A stretch of 64,000 bases of DNA from Octopus sinensis. Lineage: Eukaryota. The position numbers and the translations under genes are program-made. Positions 55,894 to 64,000 of this stretch are shown here, in pieces (positions within the stretch are counted from its first letter, which is position 1; each line of letters begins with the position of its first letter). The notes beneath the pieces were generated by a model. The model did not search any database and was not told the DNA's origin. It saw nothing but the letters and a program-made list of their open reading frames with translations. The stretch spans positions 806,001-870,000 of the forward strand of contig NC_043015.1 in NCBI RefSeq assembly GCF_006345805.1. Direction: 5' to 3'.

Positions 55894-56190
55894 AAACGGC
55901 GAGCTGGCAGAAACGTTAGCAAGCCGGGCGAAATGCGCAGCCGTATTTCGTCTGCTGTTACGTTGTGAGTTCAAATTCCGCCGAGGTCGACTTTGCCTTT
56001 CATCCTTTCGGGGTCGATTAAATAAGTACCAGTTACTCAATGGGGTCGATATAATCGACTTAATTCGTTTGTCTGTCTTTGTTTGTGACTTCTGTGTTTA
56101 GCCCCTTGTGGGTAGTAAAGAAATAGGTATTTCGTCTGTCTTTACGTTCTGAGTTCAAATTTCGCCGATGTCGACTTTGCCTTTCATCCC
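55894..56190 (+). mobile_element. SINE family M plus a restarted internal segment
   Basis: Full unit ends AAATAGGTATT and continues TCGTCTG...GAGTTCAAAT...GCCTTTCATCC. Confidence 0.88.
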
Positions 56191-57784
56191 TTACATACAC
56201 ACACAGACATATATGCATGTATGTATATATCAAGCTGGTTCCAGTTGATCCGATGAACGGAACACCGTGCTCACGGAATTAACATGCAAGTGACTAAGCA
56301 CTCCACAGTCATGGGTACACTAAACGTTGTTCGTAGGGGGGGGGCAGCGTAGCACAGAGGGTATGACCCTTTGAAAAAACTGGTAGTACTTATTTTTTGC
56401 CAGCTGAGTAGACTGGAGCAACGTGAAATAAAATATCTTACTCAGGGACACAACGCGTTGCTGGTGATACTCTGATCACTAAATCACGCGCTTTCACTAT
56501 ATGTGAGTGTGTGTGTGTGTGTGTTTGTGTGTGTATGTGTGTATGCGTGAACGCATGTGTATGTGTGTGGGTGCATATGTTTGTCGCGGTATATAGAAAT
56601 CACCTCTAGTTCAGAAATAGTTTGGATTAAAATTTTCGTGAACACGTGATCAGGAATTGAACTCCTAATGTTACATACACAAAATTTGACATAACTAATT
56701 AACACAAGGAATATTTCTCCGGTACTTTAACTTTATTTCCCACTTCTTCATCCATCTCTTGGTCAGCATTAATGCATATATAACCACATCGTAGTTCGTT
56801 ATTCTCTCCGCTTGTTTAAGAAATCTAATAATATCTCCGAACTTTTAGTTCCAATCTACTGGCTTTAAGTTACAATAGGACGTTTTCGATGCTCAAAAGT
56901 TGTGTTTGCGTAAATGTGCTTCCTTTCTGTTGGAATCTACAAGCAAATGCACAGGAATCGGTGTCAGCTAATTGAAGCATTTCCGTTCTTGAGAACAGAC
57001 AGGAACAAAAAAAAAAAAGTAGGACGTGTATGCTCCTCATTGAAATACTATTCCGGTAACGCTGATGAGAAGCTGCGAAAATAACAAATACGTGTTAGCT
57101 TTCGGTTTAAATCCGACCGGACGGTGATTTTTCGGTGGAGACATACTATTTGCATAGCAGCCGTATTTAGCTTGATCCATGTTTTTCTTCGTATTAAACC
57201 GGATAGGTTTTTATATGAATATTATGAAAGCGGAGTGCAAACACTCAGCAATTTCAAGAAAAAGATACGATGATGTTTGTCGAACGGAATGACAGAGTTA
57301 AGAAGGTTTTGTGTAAGTAGGTAAAGGATTGTTAATGAACGGATAAACAGATGGACAACACAACAGCTATTTTGTGATTGATCTCATATAACTTAACGCG
57401 TCTTCATAGGAAAGAAATAAGAAGAATGACAAGAAGGGATTTGTGATGCTTTTAACAACAAAACTTCTGTTATGGAGTATTAAGAACTAACCGCTGTTCT
57501 GTTTTTCTTAACACACACGCACACACAGACACACACATATATATACATATACATATATATATATATATATATATTATATATAATTATAATATATATATAT
57601 ATAATATAATAAATATTAGGGAATAAATCCAAATTTACAGCAGGAAAAAATCAGATTTAGGATTAAATCCAATTTTATAGTAAATATTATAAAATATTAT
57701 TAGAGACAAAACCACTATTTTGCAAAACAAACAAGGAAGACTTAATCAATACATAAAATTTTAATAAATAGTCAAAAAAAACCG

Positions 57785-57827
57785 CCACTACAATCGTTTC
57801 TTGTCTTGATCGACAATCTTCAGGTGG
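57785..57827 (-). ncRNA. Mirror-image minimal type I hammerhead ribozyme
   Basis: Exact reverse complement of 57894-57936. Confidence 0.8.
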
Positions 57828-57893
57828 ACTTCCAATAATTCAGTTACAAATTATGAAGTATACTTCATAATTTGTAACTGAATTATTGGAAGT

Positions 57894-57936
57894 CCACCTG
57901 AAGATTGTCGATCAAGACAAGAAACGATTGTAGTGG
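57894..57936 (+). ncRNA. Minimal type I hammerhead ribozyme
   Basis: CCAC-CTGAAGA-TTGTC-GATCAA-GACAA-GAA-AC-GATT-GT-A-GTGG: complete core, 5-bp stem II, 2-bp stem III, GUA site, 4-bp stem I. Confidence 0.8.
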
Positions 57937-58079
57937 CGGTTTTTTTTACTATTTATTAAAATTTTATGTATTGATTAAGTCTTTCCTTGTTTGTTTTGCA
58001 AAATAGTGGTTTTGTCTCTAATAATATTTTATATATATATATATATACACATTTATAATGCACCAATATATGAATATAC

Positions 58080-58111
<32 letters not shown>

Positions 58112-58554
58112 TTATGTGTATATACATACATATATACACATATATATGCATATATACATACACATATATATATGCATATATACATACACACACACATATA
58201 TATATATGTATTAATATATATATAGATTATATATATATTATATGTATATATATATATATATATAATATAGTATATAATATATATATATATATATATACTA
58301 TATATATTAATAATATATATATATACATATATATATCACAGGTGTTTTGAACATAGATATGGCCTGGAATCTAGGAGAGAGGCTGCATGACATTTTAAAA
58401 GGTAGTTTCTAGCAGTTTCAGTCACTGGCGCTCCTCAGAGCACACATCAATTCACAACGGATTTCCACAAGAAGTGAACTGGGTTTACTGTGATGATACT
58501 GCTTCTGGTCGGCCTCTTTGACATTTTTTTCACCCATACACTCACCCATTCTCA

Positions 58555-58780
58555 TCATCTATGCTGGACGACAAGATAGAACTGCAAAACGACCTGTATG
58601 CATTTTACAAATGGGCTAATGAAAATAACATGCAGTTCAATGCTGAGGAGTTTAAGCACTCTACTGTCGACCAACAAACACTACATTTGGAATTCATGAG
58701 TCCACCAGGTAATGCAATCACAGTGTACAGAACACTTCGGGACTATCTGAGGGAAATAGATTCTGATTCTCCGTATTCAC
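58555..58780 (+). pseudogene. CR1/L2-clade RT C-terminal fragment
   Basis: ELQNDLYAFYKWANENNMQFNAEEF resembles the LQ.DL..L..W.....M.FN..K motif after the YADD box. Confidence 0.7.
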
Positions 58781-60275
58781 CTTTTGGGGACATCCTCCGT
58801 CGTTTATGGGTAAATACCCGTTCTTTCCCGGCTCATTTCACAGCTGTTCTGAGTTCCAAATCTTCCTTATAGACTATAAAATACCAACACACTCAGTGCT
58901 TCTAAAATTTGCTTATAATATGTTCCCACACCACCAAAAACTATTAGCAGTAAAATTGGTTTACCTTATTGTCTGTAATATATACATGTATGTATGTATG
59001 TATGTATGTATGTATGTATGTATGTATGTATGTATGTATGTATGTTTGTATGTATGTATATGAAGGCAGAGATAGAATGTTGTTTATAGTGTGTATCTGA
59101 AACAACATTAGATTTAGAAAATATTGTATATAATTATTTTAATATTCATTCAAATGTACACTCTGAAGAAATTTTGTTGTGTATATATTTGAGCTCAATC
59201 AACATTTCGTCCGCAGATAACCACACGTCGGAATTTTGTGGTTATTTATTCCCTTCGTCGACGAAGAGATCCGGATTTTCTTCATGGAATTGAAGTCTTC
59301 TTTTCTTTAAGATAATGGATGAAAAATATTTCCACCTGGTGCAAAATATCCGTTGGCGTTTGTTGGCGACATCTTGCGTGAACTTCGTGTTTATAAGGCA
59401 CCAAATATCTAGTATCAAATTTGCACTTGCATGAAACATTTTATAAAAATAATTATTATACACTCACATAAAAACACAAGCACAACACAAAAAATACTCT
59501 GCGACGCATATTCACACGAACATATATTCATGTAAATAAAAGCATGAATGACATCATGTTATTATTTCTAATTCTTCCTTTACTATATTACATTTTAGTA
59601 CCTTTGGGTTGCCTCTTTGCCGGAGTCATTTCTAGTCATATCATTTGATAGAGGTCCACTTATTCCACGTTTTTATACCGAAACTCGGACAAGAAAAAAT
59701 TGACCCTGTGTGAAGTCAGGCGGAAACAATGGATGCTATTTTTTTTTAATTTTCAGCGTAACGACAAACAAGGGGACATACGCTAAGTCTTAAACACTCA
59801 ATTACATGTATGCATATATGCACATGCACACACATATGCAACATATACACGGAGTACATGCACTTGTACGTATATATTTAACAATAAATATATACATTTG
59901 CAACAGCGCATGTAAACATATATGTATATGTATATGCTACGATGTTCAGTATAACATATAGTTAGATGTATGTTTACGCACACGCATGCATAGACATGCA
60001 TATATATACACACACACGTACACACACTAATCACATCACACACACACACAAACTCAAACACAGACGCATATATACTTATAGCTATCTCTCTATATATGTT
60101 TATATATATATATATATAAATGTATGCATGTATATATATATGCTCTTATATAGACAAAAACTATAAGCATAGTAATATATACGTATACATATATATATGT
60201 ATGTATGTATGTATATAAATATACACACATATATAGATAGATTTAACTATATATATATGCATGCATCTATGTGCG

Positions 60276-60306
<31 letters not shown>

Positions 60307-62146
60307 CATGTATACACACAAACACGCACACACACACTCATATATATATATATATAAAACGTTACATGCATGTATAAGTATGTTATATACATGTGGATAT
60401 GTTTTTACAATGTATTGCTTATGCATATTTTTGATAGCAGGACGTCGTATATAAACCTATTATTTTCTATGAAACCCATTGTAACAATTCATGAATAGTT
60501 ATTTTGTAAAACGTTTCCTCGTCTTTGAAACCGGGTAATCTTTAATATTTTACACTTAAAAATTAAATACCCTCGAAGTAAAGTATGCAGACGTATATAG
60601 ATGAATACACACGCCTACACATATTACATACGTATGGCCGGTTTGTGTCTGTATTTAAAATTATGTAGATAGACGTATGTAAATGTATGTATAAATATAT
60701 ATACATATATACATATATATATGTATGTATGTATATATATATATATATTATATATATATATATATATATACATACACACACACACAAGAACATATATATA
60801 TATATAAATATGTTCATCTATGTTTATACATATATGATTATGTATGTATGTATATATGTAGGTATACACATGTGACCATCGATCTTTCAGTGCTTTCTCT
60901 GAGCTCGATTTCTTTTGAAATCCAGCATAAAGATGGACAAATTGCGTTTTATTCAGAGGAACTTTTCATATCTTTTCATAAAATTTTGTATAGCATCTTT
61001 AGCCGCTCCCCCCCCCCCCCGATCCTCCACTTGTCTTGTCACATTTATAACCTGGAATCGTCAGAAACTTTACCATTCTAACTTTGTACTCTTTTTGAAA
61101 ACAATAGAAAATTATTCTCTAAATGATTCTTAAGTTAAAAAAAGAACAACAATAACAAACAGCAACAAAACAAAAACAAAATATTAAAATAAAACAAAAA
61201 AACACAAAAGGGTGAAATATAGAAATGGAGAAACCGCAAAATGACAACACAAAGAATTACGAAATGCCCCAAGTACTAATACGAAACAAACAGAAAACAA
61301 ATCTTTCTACTACAACAGCAGCTACAACAACCACAAAAACAACAACGATTACTACTACTAGTCAACCACACCCAACCAAGTGGTGAGCTAGAACATCGAT
61401 AACAACAACAATAGCAATAACACAACAACAACAACAGTCGACCAACACAACAAGTCATTTGGTTTCTTTTGTTTAGATTTCTGTAAATCTCATTGACGTC
61501 TTTTGAACTTTGCCGCTTCAGTTACTAAATATTTTCTAAGCAAAGAGAGTCAAATTTTACAAATTTGTAATTTTTCCGAAAAGAAATTTTGAAAGAATAA
61601 GATGTTACAAAATAATCAATGAATGAAGAAATTAGAGGGAAAAGTTTAAATTTTTCGTCGGCCGTAGTTCGTTCCTTTTTGTCAAGTAAAAGAAAATGCC
61701 CCTAGAAAAATTAAGTGATGAAACTGACAAATTATTAAAAACAAAAGACTATGATACGAAAGGAGCAAACTCGAATATAACTATGTAAATCAGTAAACGA
61801 AAAATGAACTTCGAACGAATTCTTATAAACGAAAGGAGTCCATTTTGTTTTTTTGTTGTTGATGTCATTGACGTTGTTATTCGCGGTATTTATTGCATTT
61901 TGTATGCATTCATATTTTGATATTGTTTGTTTCACCATTCTTCCTACGGGCCTGTTCTCTTCTCGTTAATTTAAGTTCGTTCTAGTTATAGAATAAATTA
62001 GGTATATTTTCAATACAGAAATTAAAATTTCAAAGACTTTTATATATGCTGTAAATGTTAAGATGGAAGGCCATCAATGCCACCATACACTCACAATACA
62101 AGCATATACTAATACACACACACACATACACACACATATATATATA

Positions 62147-62233
<87 letters not shown>

Positions 62234-62928
62234 CTATATATGTGTGTTGGTTTGTATGCGTGTGTATCTCCATTATTGACATTCATTTCAGGGTCTGGCT
62301 TGCTTCTAAACCTAAGATGCATGCCGTATATACACATGTGTCCGCACATGCACAGATACACGCACACACACACACACAACACACACACACACACATATGT
62401 ACATACATATATACATACATGTGTGTATATGTATATATTAATATATGTATAAACATATATTTATATATATATGTGCATGTTATATATATACATATTTATA
62501 TGATTGTGTGTGTATGCGTAAATATATATATATATATGCATATGTATGCATTCATGTATGCAGCTATGCGTGTGTGTATGTATGTGTCCATGTATTCATT
62601 CATTCCAACCAGCGTACAAAGAAATATATGTAGTTACATTCGTGCATGACCCTGTATATCTTTATATGAAAATGCATATTTCGCATGGTATTGAATGTTA
62701 TTGTTTATAGAATTTTCTTCATATTTGATGGAATATCGTTAGAAATGATTATCTTACAACGATAAATAATTAAAATTTTAACATCGGACTTTAAACAAGG
62801 ACAGACAAACGGATATTTTCTATACAGAAATAAAATTTTCAAAGACTTTTATATATGCTATAAATGTTACGATGAATAACCATCTCTGCAGCTACTCATA
62901 CATACAAGCATATACTGGTATATATATT

Positions 62929-62998
<70 letters not shown>

Positions 62999-63001
<3 letters not shown>

Positions 63002-63136
63002 TAGATATATGTTTATATTAATATTATAACTATAACAAGGGATTCAATATATAATTATTAAAATATTTGTAAAATAAAAAGTTTTTTATTTTCGTTTGAC
63101 CGCTTGGTAAAATCATTAATGATTTTTACCCTTTAT

Positions 63137-63172
<36 letters not shown>

Positions 63173-63320
63173 TAAATATATGTTTATATTAATAATTATA
63201 ATTATAACAAGGGATTCAATATAATTATTAAAATATTTGTAAAATAAAATGTTTTCTATTTTCGTTTGACCGCTTGGTAAAATCATTAATGATTTTTACC
63301 CTTTATACAATATATATATA
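62999..63320. repeat. Tandem duplication of a ~172-bp AT-rich unit
   Basis: ACAAGGGATTCAATATATAATTATTAAAATATTTG...TTCGTTTGACCGCTTGGTAAAATCATTAATGATTTTTACCC occurs twice, joined by (TA)n. Confidence 0.9.
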
Positions 63321-63321
63321 T

Positions 63322-63364
<43 letters not shown>

Positions 63365-64000
63365 TTTCAGCTCAGAGCTGTCGTCATGCTGGAGCACGGC
63401 AGCACCGCCGATTTGCTACACTGTTATATATACTGAGAGCATATCCTAATATATAGCACTTAATGAAGAATGGAGTTTGATTGAGCCTCCCTAATTTGCA
63501 TGTTATATATATATGCACATATTTGTGTGTATGTGTGAGTGTTTATATACATATGTAAACGGTACTGCGGATGACGTCCCTCTGGATATAGGATTCCTAA
63601 TTTTTGTCACTATAAATTTACCACGAACACTAAATTTCGATGAAGTTAAAGTATGGTGATCGGTCACATATTTTAGGATTAACGTAAGATGAATTACAAC
63701 ATCCCAGTAAGTCGGGTGAAATTTATTTTGGTGTACCCTAAATAATGAAATGGTGATTAACACCGAGTATGCAAATTATGAAACACATTTTACTTCCAGA
63801 TAGCCGTTTCCTTCATTCCAGTTTAAAATACAATTGACCCTTTATTTATATGACCGGCTGCAACCTCACGTTTTGTGTGGATTGCAACAGAAAGCTTTGG
63901 TGGTTAGAAATGTTGGAGCGAGAGCGGCAAGAGTATTTATAAATGATAGGAAAGATTGGAGAGTGTTTCTAGACGGATGAGTGAATTTGATGTTGCTCAT

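Larger units (their letters stand above)
57612..58032. mobile_element. Spacer-less inverted pseudo-LTR pair of a Penelope-like element (family P2) within (TA)n
   Basis: Palindrome centred at 57860/57861 (TTATGAAGTA|TACTTCATAA), arms ~170 bp, ~78-nt left extension, hammerhead on each arm. PLE assignment is inferred. Confidence 0.75.

Noticed and set aside
57062-57095. CTGATGA...GAAA motif
   Set aside because: No credible stem II or stem III pairing.
63765-63780. Octamer motif ATGCAAAT
   Set aside because: A single 8-mer in AT-rich DNA is expected by chance.

Overview
Eukaryotic, AT-rich, non-genic-looking window with extreme microsatellite density ((TA)n, (CA)n, (GATA)n, (TAA)n, (GAT)n, (GGT)n). 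The repeat landscape most resembles a coleoid cephalopod, probably Octopus; this is an inference with no search run. I find no supportable host exon, true tRNA or rRNA gene, or CRISPR array, and nearly all ORFs in the supplied track are microsatellite artefacts. Interpretable content: (i) (TAA)n-associated restriction-like-endonuclease non-LTR retrotransposons (R4/Dong-like; one apparently young family, two decayed copies) plus a non-coding (TAA)n-embedded element; (ii) at least four tRNA-derived SINE families, often nested or multimerised and mostly on the minus strand; (iii) decayed CR1-, RTE- and mariner-type fragments and MITE-like elements; (iv) three long palindromes inside dinucleotide microsatellites. 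Two of these palindromes (about 25.9-26.5 kb and 57.6-58.0 kb) carry a hammerhead-ribozyme motif on each arm, matching inverted pseudo-LTRs of Penelope-like elements. These are the most interesting signal. Hammerheads in Penelope-like elements are established biology; what is unexplored here is the specific families and the paired sense/antisense layout. Coordinates were read by eye, and the ends of diverged repeats are approximate (about 10-20 nt).
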